Part shown: positions 1-8,803 of the stretch, piece after piece | Position numbering within the stretch: the first letter of the stretch is position 1 | Layout of the letters: each line of letters starts with the position of its first letter | Assembly (NCBI RefSeq): GCF_014857065.1 | Contig: NZ_CP046533.1 | Span: 90,001-122,000, forward strand | Length of the DNA: 32,000 nt | DNA from: Candidatus Saccharimonadota bacterium | GTDB taxonomy: Bacteria; Pseudomonadota; Gammaproteobacteria; Enterobacterales; Enterobacteriaceae | Direction of reading: 5' to 3' | Notes under the pieces: model-generated | What the model saw: the letters and a program-made list of their open reading frames with translations, nothing else | The model's database searches: none | Told to the model about the DNA's origin: nothing | Position numbers and translations under genes: made by a program

Positions 1-124
1 AAATGGACAACACTTGAGCTGCTTTAGAAGAGAATCCACAACTAGGTGAAGATGGAGTACCCTTCATGTATAATAGGATTTTATTATTTTGAATTTGTTG
101 TTGAATTTTTTTAATAGCTGACAT
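1..124 (-). CDS. grxD: monothiol glutaredoxin Grx4, N-terminal part (gene runs off the left edge)
   Basis: The reverse complement starts with ATG (122-124) and reads MSAIKKIQQQIQNNKILLYMKGTPSSPSCGFSSKAAQVLS. This matches the E. coli GrxD N-terminus, including the CGFS active-site motif. It is absent from the ORF track because the window edge truncates it. Confidence 0.85.
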   Translation of the reverse strand, partial: MSAIKKIQQQIQNNKILLYMKGTPSSPSCGFSSKAAQVLSI

Positions 125-392
125 TAGAAACTGCCCAAAATTTGAAAGCAATAAACATTATTTTTATATTTTATGGGGTTAAATACACTTATCGTATAAA
201 GCGATGATGGATACAAAACCCCAGTTTTTGTTTATTTATATACAATGCTGCTTTTGCATATGTTTATTAACTACTTAGTTAACAATCTATTGTAATTAAA
301 TGTAAAAATCAAGAAAAATATAATAAAATTAAATAAAATGTTTCATTATTATGAATAAATTTCTATGATTTAAATCTAGAAGTTAAAAATAT

Positions 393-1031
393 TTAATAAG
401 AATTATTTTGAATTATTTTTTTAGTAAAAATTGACATCATACGTTCAGCGGTATTTATAATAATACGAGTTTGTATGTCAATTTCTATATTTACAATATC
501 ATCTATTTTTTTATTTCCAAGAGTAGTATATTCTAAAGTTTTCGGAATTAATGCAACACAAAAATAATTTTTAATGACTTTACATATTGTTAAACTAACT
601 CCATCTATTCCAATAGATCCCTTATATAAAAGGTATTTTTGCATTTTTTTCTTATTTATTTCAAACCAAATTTTTCTGTTATTTATTGCGAATATAATTT
701 TTCTAAGTGTTGCTGTGCAGGTAATCTGTCCATACATTAAATGTCCACCAATTTCTTTATTAAAGAATATAGCTCTTTCTAAATTAACAATATTACCTAC
801 ATTTAGTATTTTTAGATTGGTTATTTTAAGAGTTTCTTTTATGATGTCGAAACTTACTAATTTTTTCTGAATATTACTAACAGTTAAACAACAACCATTA
901 TAAGAAATTGATGAACCAAGTTCTAAACCCTGTAATAAGAATTTAGGTAATAGTATTGTATGAATATGAAAATTGGTTTTTTTGATGATAGAAACAATTG
1001 GTACAGTAGTTTTTATAATACCAGTAAACAT
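393..1031 (-). CDS. ribE: riboflavin synthase (alpha chain; ribC/ribE)
   Basis: 212-aa ORF with an ATG start. MFTGII...SYNGCCLTVS...GGHLMYGQI aligns end to end with E. coli riboflavin synthase (MFTGIVQGTA...NGCCLTV). Confidence 0.93.
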   Translation of the reverse strand: MFTGIIKTTVPIVSIIKKTNFHIHTILLPKFLLQGLELGSSISYNGCCLTVSNIQKKLVSFDIIKETLKITNLKILNVGNIVNLERAIFFNKEIGGHLMYGQITCTATLRKIIFAINNRKIWFEINKKKMQKYLLYKGSIGIDGVSLTICKVIKNYFCVALIPKTLEYTTLGNKKIDDIVNIEIDIQTRIIINTAERMMSIFTKKIIQNNSY

Positions 1032-1241
1032 ATATTAAGATCCTTTGTGAAAATAAGAAATTTTATATTATTATCTGCTATGTTGGTTTTTTATTTGTTT
1101 TTACGTATTAGATATATAAACTATTAGAAGATTAGATAATTGATAATATAATTTATTAATATTTAAAAGAAAATTTATTTTTTATAAAAGATCATTATAG
1201 TTATTTAATTTTAATAATTTATTTAATAAATATATCAGTAT

Positions 1242-1269
1242 TTGACTTTATAATTAATTAATTTACAAT
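1242..1269 (+). promoter_or_regulatory. candidate sigma70 promoter for tRNA-Val (TTGACT, 16 nt, TACAAT)
   Basis: TTGACT at 1242-1247 and TACAAT at 1264-1269 are separated by a 16-nt spacer. The -10 element ends 25 nt upstream of the tRNA 5' end. -10-like hexamers are common in this AT-rich DNA, so the call rests mainly on the good -35 element. Confidence 0.3.
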
Positions 1270-1294
1270 ACAATATAAATTTAGGTTTAGTATT

Positions 1295-1368
1295 GCGTTC
1301 TTAGCTCAGTCCGGTAGAGCACTATCTTGACGTGATAGGGGTCGATGGTTCGAATCCATTAGAACGCA
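1295..1368 (+). tRNA. valV: tRNA-Val, anticodon GAC; 3' CCA not encoded
   Basis: Folded by hand into a cloverleaf. Acceptor GCGTTCT/AGAACGC, D stem GCTC/GAGC, anticodon stem CTATC/GATAG with loop TTGACGT (anticodon GAC). T stem GATGG/CCATT with loop TTCGAAT, discriminator A. Near-identical in layout to E. coli valV/valW, which also lie next to ribC. Followed by TGA, not CCA. Confidence 0.95.
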
Positions 1369-1683
1369 TGAATTTGTCTAATTACTACTATTTTCAATTT
1401 AAACGCAAAGAGAAACTCAAAAAAATTTTAAAATATTAAATATAAATTTAATTATTTTGCAGTGTATAATAGTATTAGTATTTACAGGTTGTAGATTAAT
1501 AATGATAAATAACTAGAATTTTATTAAGTGTTTGGTATTTAAATAATCATATTTCAAAAAACATATAGATATAAATCAATAAATCTGTTGCAAATATAAT
1601 GATTGATATAATAGTTTGGTTTTAAATATTAAATTTTTAGGGATGAATTTATTGTTTTATTTACAAGATTGGAAATAAAGGGT

Positions 1684-2097
1684 TTATACTAAATTTTTTA
1701 CTTGATTAAGTAATGTGCTTACGATGGACTGTAGTCCTTCTGACCTAGCGAAGGTAAAATTTTCGTTTAAGTTTAATTTTTTAATTATAAATCTAATTTT
1801 TAATTGGATAATTTCTTTTGGCGTTAATCCTTGATAAATAATAAATACAATAGCAATTATACCTTTAACAATAGAAGAATTGCTGTCTCCGTATAATTTT
1901 ATAATCCCGTCGTTATCAACTAGAACAGTTATCCAGGTTCGACTTTGACAACCAGGTACTAAATATTTAGGAATGTCCGTATTATTTGGTATGGGTGATA
2001 AATGGTTTCCTAAAGTGATTATATACGAGTATTTTTCTTCCCAGTTTCTACACCGTAAGAAATTTTGTAATAATTTTTTTTTATTCGGTAAATTCAT
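1684..2097 (-). CDS. sufE: cysteine desulfuration sulfur acceptor SufE
   Basis: 137 aa. LRCRNWEEKYSYII...VPGCQSRTW...GDSNSSIVKGIIA match E. coli SufE, including the GCQS active Cys. Last gene of the suf operon. Confidence 0.93.
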   Translation of the reverse strand: MNLPNKKKLLQNFLRCRNWEEKYSYIITLGNHLSPIPNNTDIPKYLVPGCQSRTWITVLVDNDGIIKLYGDSNSSIVKGIIAIVFIIYQGLTPKEIIQLKIRFIIKKLNLNENFTFARSEGLQSIVSTLLNQVKNLV

Positions 2098-2110
2098 AAA
2101 GAATTTATAT

Positions 2111-3349
2111 TTATTTTGATAATTTATTGAGAAGATGTTGTGTTTTTATTAAACTACTTATTAATTTGTCAATATCTTCTTTATTATTATACATTGCTAA
2201 TGAAATACGACACATACTTGATGTGCGAAAATAATTCATTAATGGTATTGCGCAATGATGTCCAGTGCGTATGGCAATGCCGTCTTGATCTAAAAAACTT
2301 CCAATGTCGTAAGGATGATGTTTACCAATATTAAAAGATAGAACTCCTATACGGCTTGTAGGACCATAAATTATTATGTTAGGGATATTTTCTAATTCTT
2401 TTGTTGCATAATACATCAATTGAAGCTCGTAATTATAGATTTTATCTAAACCTATGCTATTAATGTATTTAATGGCAGCATCTAAGCCTAAAATATTGGC
2501 TATATTTGCTGAACCAGCTTCAAATTTCCAAGGAGCATCTACAAAAGTTGTACCTTTAGTTAAACTAACCGTTTTGACAATACCTCCTCCAACTTCCCAT
2601 GGGGGCATACTTTGTAATAAGTGTTTTTTGCCATAAAGAACACCTACACCATTAGGTCCATAAAGTTTATGACTAGAAAATACATAAAAATCGCAGTTTA
2701 TTTTCTGTACATCTACTTTGGTATGCACTATGCCTTGTGCACCGTCTACTAATACTACAGTATCTTTTATATTACGTATCAAATGTATAATTTCAGATAA
2801 AGGATTTAAAGTACCAATAACGTTAGAAAGTTGAGTAATAGCAACTAATTTAGTTCGTTCATTAATTAAATTCGGTAATTGATTAATATCTAACATGCCA
2901 CTTAATGTTAGAGGAATATATTTAATAATTAATCTTTTCTTTTTAGCTAACATTTGCCAAGGAACAATATTAGAATGATGTTCCATTTCAGTAATAAGAA
3001 TGTTATCACCTTTTTTAAAATACTTTCCTCCATAGCTATTAGCCACTAAGTTGATTCCTTCAGTAGCACTTTTGGTAAAAACAATTTCTTCTAATGAAGA
3101 TGCATGAATAAATGTTGCTATTTGTTTTCTTGCTTGCTCCATTAATTCAGTGGCTTGTCTGCTTAGTTGATATATACTACGATGAGCGGTTGCATATCTG
3201 TTGCGATAGAAATTATTCTGACAATTAATAACGTCATTAGGTTTTTGAGCACTTGCAGCACTGTCCAAGTAAATCAATGGTTTATTATTTATTAATTTAG
3301 TTAATACAGGAAAATTAGATCTAATTTTTACTATGGGATATTCGTTCAT
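2111..3349 (-). CDS. sufS: cysteine desulfurase SufS (PLP-dependent)
   Basis: 412 aa. Contains the SSHKLYGP (PLP lysine) and RTGHHCAIPLM (active-site Cys) motifs, as in E. coli SufS. Lies between sufD and sufE. Confidence 0.95.
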   Translation of the reverse strand: MNEYPIVKIRSNFPVLTKLINNKPLIYLDSAASAQKPNDVINCQNNFYRNRYATAHRSIYQLSRQATELMEQARKQIATFIHASSLEEIVFTKSATEGINLVANSYGGKYFKKGDNILITEMEHHSNIVPWQMLAKKKRLIIKYIPLTLSGMLDINQLPNLINERTKLVAITQLSNVIGTLNPLSEIIHLIRNIKDTVVLVDGAQGIVHTKVDVQKINCDFYVFSSHKLYGPNGVGVLYGKKHLLQSMPPWEVGGGIVKTVSLTKGTTFVDAPWKFEAGSANIANILGLDAAIKYINSIGLDKIYNYELQLMYYATKELENIPNIIIYGPTSRIGVLSFNIGKHHPYDIGSFLDQDGIAIRTGHHCAIPLMNYFRTSSMCRISLAMYNNKEDIDKLISSLIKTQHLLNKLSK

Positions 3350-3361
3350 TTTATAAACCTT

Positions 3362-4633
3362 TTATAGAATATTTATAATACGTTTAGCAATAACATCTTC
3401 AATAACTTTATTTTTAATTTTACCAAGTATTTCAATAGTAAATGCATAAATAATCATCTTTATAGCATTTTCGTATGCAATACCTCGCGTGCATAAATAA
3501 AAAATTTGATTCTTATCAGGATTGCCAATAGTAACACCATGACTACATTTAACATCATCAGCATAAATTTCTAATTGTGGTTCGCTTTTAATTTTTGCAT
3601 TACCATTCAAAAACAAATTATTATTTAACATTAATCCATCAGTTTTAATTGCATGCTTAGCAACTTTAATAAAACCATTAAATACACTTTGACTATCATC
3701 AGAAACAATTGTTTTATGCAATTGTCTGCTTATGCAACATTGTTTATTATGCTCTAAATAAGTAAATATGCTACTAATATCTCTTTGCTTAAGAAATGCT
3801 AAACTATTAATTGATAAAGATGATCCTTTACCGTTTAATTTTACGCTTGTTTGATGATGATTAAATCTAGCGCCTAAAATAATAAATAAATTGCTTTTTA
3901 CTTTAGTTTCGCATCCAATATGTATATCATTATGTGCTAAATGATAACTATTTTGGTTTTCAAAAAATAGCTTAATATGATCAAATTGAGAATGATCTCC
4001 TATTACTGTATATGTACGTGCGCCGCTAAAATGACCATGAGAATCCATGCTTACGAAGTGTTCTATTACTTGACCATTAGCACCGTTTGCAATTTCGATC
4101 TGATGGTAATAATGTGAAGTCGCCAATGTATTTTTATTTTTATTACCTGAATTAATATGTAATAAATATAACGGCTTATCCGCTGTTATATCAGCAGGTA
4201 AGAAAATATGAGTAATTTCATTAGCTAATGCTTCAGTTAAATGCAAAAAAAAATCCGATTGGATTGGCGACGGTAACAGTTGACGATTTATCTTTTTATT
4301 CGATATCACTTGCCATAATCCAGTATTTGTATCACTCAACAATGAAGAAAATAAGCCATTTATGAATACTAATCGATACGCATCAATATTTAAAGAAAGT
4401 TTATTTACTTTAATTATATTTATCATTTTGTCAAAGGGCGTAACAAAAGAATTAGATAAAAAATGTCCTATATAAACATTGTTCCATTTTTTGTCTTTAT
4501 GAAGCGATCTGCCAGAATCTTTTACTTTTTCCCATTGTTTATTTGCTTGAGGTGAAAGGTTTTTTTCATTTTTTTCAAATAAGATACGCCATTGTTGTAA
4601 TGCATGTTCATTATTGTTTATTAAAGCATCCAT
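3362..4633 (-). CDS. sufD: Fe-S cluster assembly protein SufD
   Basis: The C-terminal region QLEIYADDVKCSHGVTIG...QIFYLCTRGI matches E. coli SufD. I place the start at ATG 4633 (MDALINNNEHALQQW, compare E. coli MAGLPNSSNALQQW), which gives 423 aa as in E. coli. The ORF-track start at 4648 is a TTG five codons upstream. Either start overlaps the sufC 3' end. Confidence 0.9.
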   Translation of the reverse strand: MDALINNNEHALQQWRILFEKNEKNLSPQANKQWEKVKDSGRSLHKDKKWNNVYIGHFLSNSFVTPFDKMINIIKVNKLSLNIDAYRLVFINGLFSSLLSDTNTGLWQVISNKKINRQLLPSPIQSDFFLHLTEALANEITHIFLPADITADKPLYLLHINSGNKNKNTLATSHYYHQIEIANGANGQVIEHFVSMDSHGHFSGARTYTVIGDHSQFDHIKLFFENQNSYHLAHNDIHIGCETKVKSNLFIILGARFNHHQTSVKLNGKGSSLSINSLAFLKQRDISSIFTYLEHNKQCCISRQLHKTIVSDDSQSVFNGFIKVAKHAIKTDGLMLNNNLFLNGNAKIKSEPQLEIYADDVKCSHGVTIGNPDKNQIFYLCTRGIAYENAIKMIIYAFTIEILGKIKNKVIEDVIAKRIINIL

Positions 4634-5354
4634 AACCTTGTTCCTCAATAAATTTTACTAAATGTAAATCTCCAGATTTTATAATATGACCTTTATATAA
4701 AATATGTACACAATCAGGTTTTACATATTTTAAAATCCTTTGATAATGGGTAATTATAATAAATGAACGATTTTTATTATGAAGTAGATTGATTCCATAA
4801 GCTAAAATTTTTACCGCATCTATATCTAATCCTGAATCAGTTTCATCAAGAATACACAATGTTGGTTCTAACAAAGTCATTTGTAAGATATCATTAAGTT
4901 TTTTCTCTCCTCCAGAAAAGCCTACATTTACTGAACGATTTAGTAAATTTTTAGATATTTTTAATAATTTTATTTTAGATTCGATAAGATCCACACATTC
5001 AAAATGATCCAAAGGTAGCTGATTCCGATATTTTCTTATCGCATTAATAGAACATTCTAAAAAAAATTGATTATTTATGCCTGGTATTTCTACAGGATAT
5101 TGAAAAGCTACAAAAATTCCTTCTCCTGCTCGTTCTTCAGGATTTAACATTAATAAATTGCGTTGTTTATACAATATTGTACCATTGATTATTAAATAAT
5201 TTTTTTGACCAGCAAGAATAGCCGCAAGAGTACTTTTACCAGAACCATTAGGACCCATAATTACGTGTATTTCACCTAATTTTACATTTAAATTTATTTT
5301 ATGGAGGATAATTTTATTCTCTATGCTAATTGTTAAATCATTTATTACGAGCAT
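4611..5354 (-). CDS. sufC: Fe-S cluster assembly ATPase SufC
   Basis: 247 aa ABC ATPase. Walker A GPNGSGKST, signature FSGGEKK, Walker B CILDETDSGLD. Operon position between sufB and sufD. Confidence 0.95.
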   Translation of the reverse strand: MLVINDLTISIENKIILHKINLNVKLGEIHVIMGPNGSGKSTLAAILAGQKNYLIINGTILYKQRNLLMLNPEERAGEGIFVAFQYPVEIPGINNQFFLECSINAIRKYRNQLPLDHFECVDLIESKIKLLKISKNLLNRSVNVGFSGGEKKLNDILQMTLLEPTLCILDETDSGLDIDAVKILAYGINLLHNKNRSFIIITHYQRILKYVKPDCVHILYKGHIIKSGDLHLVKFIEEQGYGCFNKQ

Positions 5355-5383
5355 TAATATTTGTTTCCTTATTATTTTTGATT

Positions 5384-6859
5384 TTAACCAACACTATGTT
5401 CAAGACTAATACTTAGTAATTTTTGAGCCTCTATAGCAAATTCTAAAGGTAATTTGGAAAAAATATCTTTACAAAATCCATTTACAATCATAGAAATAGC
5501 ATCATCCTCACTAATTCCTCTTTGTTTACAGTAAAATAATTGATCATCACTAATACGTGAAGTGGTAGCTTCATGTTCTAATTTGGCGCTGTTATTTCTT
5601 ACATCTATTAATGGAAAAGTATGTGCGCCAGATTTATCACCAATTAACATCGAATCACATTGTGTAAAATTTCGTGCTTTAACGGCAGTTGGCATAATTT
5701 TAACTAACCCGCGATATGTATTATCGCTATTACCAACAGCTATGCCTTTTGAAATAATAGTAGAGCGAGTATTTTTGCCAATATGAATCATTTTTGTCCC
5801 AGTATCTGCTTTTTGATGATTATTGGTTATAGCTACTGAAAAAAACTCTCCAATGGAATTGTCGCCTTTTAAAATGACACTAGGGTATTTCCATGTAATG
5901 GCAGAACCGTTTTCTGATTGAATCCATGACATTTTTGAATTTTTTCCATCGCATAATGCTCTTTTAGTAACAAAATTTAGCACTCCTTCTGTAGTTTTAT
6001 TCCCAGAAAACCAATTTTGTACCGTAGAATATTTTACAACAGCATTTTTCATTAAAATAACTTCTACGACTGCAGCATGAAGTTGATTCATATTATGTGT
6101 TGGTGCTGAACATCCTTCAATATAACTGACATAACTATTTTCATCAGCAATTATAATAGTACGTTCAAATTGACCTGTTTTAGAGGAATTAATGCGAAAA
6201 TATGTTGAAAGTTCCATGGGACATTGTGTATTTTTTGGTATATATACAAAAGTTCCATCAGAGGCTACTGAAGAATTTAAAGCTGCAAAAAAATTATCGT
6301 TAAAAGGGACTACACTTCCTAAATATTTACGCACTAAATTTGGATATTTATGAATTGCCTCATTAAATGAACAAAATAAAATACCTTGTTTAGCTAATTT
6401 CTTATGATAGGTAGTAGCTACAGATACAGAATCAAAGATGGCATCCACAGCTATTCCTGCACCCTCATGTATTGGTACACCTAATTTATAAAATGTTTTT
6501 TTTACTTCATTAGTTAAATATTTTTCTTTATTTAACTCATTATTTTTTTTTTCATAAAGAGGTGCTGAATAATAACAATAATTATCATAATTTAATTTTG
6601 GATAATGTGCTTTTAACCAATGTGGTTCCTGCATTTTTAGCCAAGCCTTATAAGCATTAATACGAAAATTAAACATCCATTCTGGCTCATTTCTTTTTGT
6701 TGAGATAGCACATATTGTTTTTTCATCAATACCATATTCTAGTTCTTCATTTTTGAGATTTGTAAAAAAACCTTCTTTATATTTCTTTTTTACAACCATC
6801 CACGGATTAATGACATCATTATTTTTTTTATCATCATTCCTAATTTGATTTTTTTTCAT
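5384..6859 (-). CDS. sufB: Fe-S cluster scaffold SufB
   Basis: 491 aa, colinear with E. coli SufB. Examples: ...SWIQSENGSAITWKYPS..., ...HEATTSRISDDQLFYCKQRGISEDDAISMIVNGFC... Confidence 0.95.
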   Translation of the reverse strand: MKKNQIRNDDKKNNDVINPWMVVKKKYKEGFFTNLKNEELEYGIDEKTICAISTKRNEPEWMFNFRINAYKAWLKMQEPHWLKAHYPKLNYDNYCYYSAPLYEKKNNELNKEKYLTNEVKKTFYKLGVPIHEGAGIAVDAIFDSVSVATTYHKKLAKQGILFCSFNEAIHKYPNLVRKYLGSVVPFNDNFFAALNSSVASDGTFVYIPKNTQCPMELSTYFRINSSKTGQFERTIIIADENSYVSYIEGCSAPTHNMNQLHAAVVEVILMKNAVVKYSTVQNWFSGNKTTEGVLNFVTKRALCDGKNSKMSWIQSENGSAITWKYPSVILKGDNSIGEFFSVAITNNHQKADTGTKMIHIGKNTRSTIISKGIAVGNSDNTYRGLVKIMPTAVKARNFTQCDSMLIGDKSGAHTFPLIDVRNNSAKLEHEATTSRISDDQLFYCKQRGISEDDAISMIVNGFCKDIFSKLPLEFAIEAQKLLSISLEHSVG

Positions 6860-6874
6860 ATACTGTCGAACCCT

Positions 6875-7261
6875 TTATATATTAAAGCTTTCACCGCATC
6901 CACATGTATATTGAGCTTTAGAATTGTGGAATTTAAATGAATAATTTAATCCTTCTTTAATGTAATCTAGTTTAGTCCCATTAATAAATAAAATTGCTTC
7001 CGGAGATATAAACAATTTTACTCCATCATATTTATAAATTAAATCTATATTATTAAACATGATAACTTTATCCATAGTAAAACTTAATCCTGCACATCCA
7101 TATTTTTTTATATTTATACGTATACCTAATATTTCAGTATTATTTTTTATTAAATGTTTAATCTGTTGGATCGCAGAATCACTAATGCTAAAATTCAAGT
7201 TTTGCCAATTAATTTCTTTATTTAAGTAATCTTTGTTATTTTTTTTTAAATTATTTTTCAT
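6875..7261 (-). CDS. sufA: A-type Fe-S carrier SufA
   Basis: 128 aa. Central GCAGLSF and C-terminal CGCGESF cysteine motifs. First gene of the operon, with AAGGA 8-12 nt upstream of the ATG. Confidence 0.9.
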   Translation of the reverse strand: MKNNLKKNNKDYLNKEINWQNLNFSISDSAIQQIKHLIKNNTEILGIRINIKKYGCAGLSFTMDKVIMFNNIDLIYKYDGVKLFISPEAILFINGTKLDYIKEGLNYSFKFHNSKAQYTCGCGESFNI

Positions 7262-7334
7262 ATTTTATCCTTTTTATGTTTCGAATTTGGTCTTTATAAG
7301 CTATAAGACACTAATTTATAAAATAAACAACAAG

Positions 7335-7360
7335 TTTTTGTATCTTATGAAATACAAAAA
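7335..7360 (-). terminator. candidate intrinsic terminator after lplA
   Basis: 9-bp stem TTTTTGTAT/ATACAAAAA with an 8-nt loop. On the minus strand it is followed by the T-rich CTTGTTGTTTATTTT. Lies between the lplA stop (7526) and the sufA start (7261). Confidence 0.35.
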
Positions 7361-7525
7361 TTACTACATTTTTAAATAATTATTTTAACATAACCTAAAG
7401 ATATACTTTTGCCTAAAAGCTAATTAAAAATTTAATCATTTAACAATTTCGAACACTGAAATAGTTTAAATCTAAATGCAAAATATTAACAAATAAATTA
7501 ACTATATTTTTAATAATTTTAAATT

Positions 7526-8542
7526 TCATTGTAAATTAGTGATTAACCAATCTACTACATCGGTTAAATAATCATGTTGAGTCCACATTAATAACCATTG
7601 TTTGCAACAACTTTTAATTTCATCAGCATTATATAAAACTCCAACTAATTTTTTAGATAATGACTCTAAAGGTTCTGGATATAGACTATCAGTAAAAATA
7701 CAACTTCTATTAATAATTCCGTTTTTAATATCAAAGTGTAATGCTACACTACCCCAAGTAAAATAATTGTCTAAATAATGCGTAAACATTGGTGCAGCTC
7801 CAAAATTCCAATCCCAGCAACTTTGATGAGTTAATTGTTTTGAAAATCCTGGTATTTTTTTTAGTACATTTTCTAAAGAAATAATTTCTGGATTTATTTG
7901 TTTTTTATAAAAATTACAAAATTCTTTTTGTAAAGCATAACAAAGTTGTTTATGGTTAATATTTGAATTTAATTCATTTAAATTAGCAACACGAGAACGC
8001 ACTGACTTAATGCCTTTAGTTTGTAATTTTTTAATATCCGGATTAAGATAGTATGCTAGTTTGGTGAGGTCTGTTTGTAATAACAAAGTTCCATGATGAA
8101 ATTTACCATAGGATGTTTCTCTATAAGCTGAACCGCTAATTTTGCGCTCCCCTGCTTTGGTTTGTACAAGAAGATCGTTACGTCCGGATATTTTTGCATG
8201 AATATCGAAGTATTTTAATCCATCTAAAATAATAGTAGTAGAAATATTTTTATTATAGTCTTTCTTACTTGATAAAAATGTAAAACATGTATTACCTAAG
8301 TCGTGAAAAACGGCACCACCTCCACTACTTCTTCTAGCTAAACGAATTCCATCTCTTACCATACGACGAGTATTACACTCTTTCCATGGATTTTGTGCTC
8401 TACCAATAATTATTGTATTATAATTACGCCATAAAAATAGTATACTTTGATTATTTTCTATATTATGGAAAATACATTCCTCTATTGCCAAATTAAACCA
8501 TGGATTGTGAAAATTAGACACCAACAATCTTAAAGACGTCAT
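7526..8542 (-). CDS. lplA: lipoate-protein ligase A
   Basis: 338 aa, the same length as E. coli LplA. MTSLRLLVSNFHNPWFNLAIEECIF...RRSSGGGAVFHDLGNTCFTF...SGSAYRET...HHGTLLL is colinear with E. coli. Confidence 0.95.
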   Translation of the reverse strand: MTSLRLLVSNFHNPWFNLAIEECIFHNIENNQSILFLWRNYNTIIIGRAQNPWKECNTRRMVRDGIRLARRSSGGGAVFHDLGNTCFTFLSSKKDYNKNISTTIILDGLKYFDIHAKISGRNDLLVQTKAGERKISGSAYRETSYGKFHHGTLLLQTDLTKLAYYLNPDIKKLQTKGIKSVRSRVANLNELNSNINHKQLCYALQKEFCNFYKKQINPEIISLENVLKKIPGFSKQLTHQSCWDWNFGAAPMFTHYLDNYFTWGSVALHFDIKNGIINRSCIFTDSLYPEPLESLSKKLVGVLYNADEIKSCCKQWLLMWTQHDYLTDVVDWLITNLQ

Positions 8543-8803
8543 AACTTACTGACTCCAAGTTATAATTTTTTATGAAGATCATCTTTTATAAACAAAACAT
8601 CTGGATTATACCATAAAATTTAAAACAAACCAGACTATCCATATTTTATAATAAAATACTCTATCTAATTTAATAATATCATAAAAAATTTATCTTTTAA
8701 AATATGCAAGAATATTATTAATCTTTATGAGTATTTTAATAATTAAAGTATCAATAATTTTTTATTAATTTGAAAATTAGAATTGATTTCATTTATATAT
8801 ACA

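Noticed and set aside
174-223. 7-bp G/C-containing stem (TGGGGTT/AACCCCA) followed by AGTTTTTG on the plus strand, in the ribE-grxD spacer
   Set aside because: The 36-nt loop is too large for a canonical terminator. The T-run is on the plus strand, where no gene ends. Both neighbours are on the minus strand.
574-870. 98-aa plus-strand ORF inside ribE. The same applies to the other short ORFs antisense to or nested in real genes: 2140-2334, 2454-2636, 5562-5786, 8931-9161, 11862-12083, 15122-15355, 15431-15622, 19672-19938, 28153-28401, 30221-30406, 30787-30969, 31094-31276, 31200-31397 and 31683-31943.
   Set aside because: Each lies entirely within, and mostly antisense to, a gene with strong full-length homology. 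Their translations are low-complexity or unrecognisable. They are shadow ORFs of the kind expected opposite real genes.
4611-4648. The sufC/sufD overlap, and likewise the tolQ/tolR overlap at 29641-29666, considered as possible frameshifts or pseudogenisation
   Set aside because: Both downstream proteins align from their first residues with E. coli orthologues of identical length (SufD 423 aa from ATG 4633; TolR 142 aa). These are ordinary overlapping, translationally coupled cistrons.
6543-6552. A10 tract (T10 on the plus strand) inside sufB, and other A/T runs of 8-9 nt (13107-13115, 18607-18615), considered as slippage-prone frameshift sites
   Set aside because: All are in frame or intergenic. 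The sufB tract encodes EKKN within an uninterrupted, full-length alignment, so the sequence gives no evidence of a disrupted frame.
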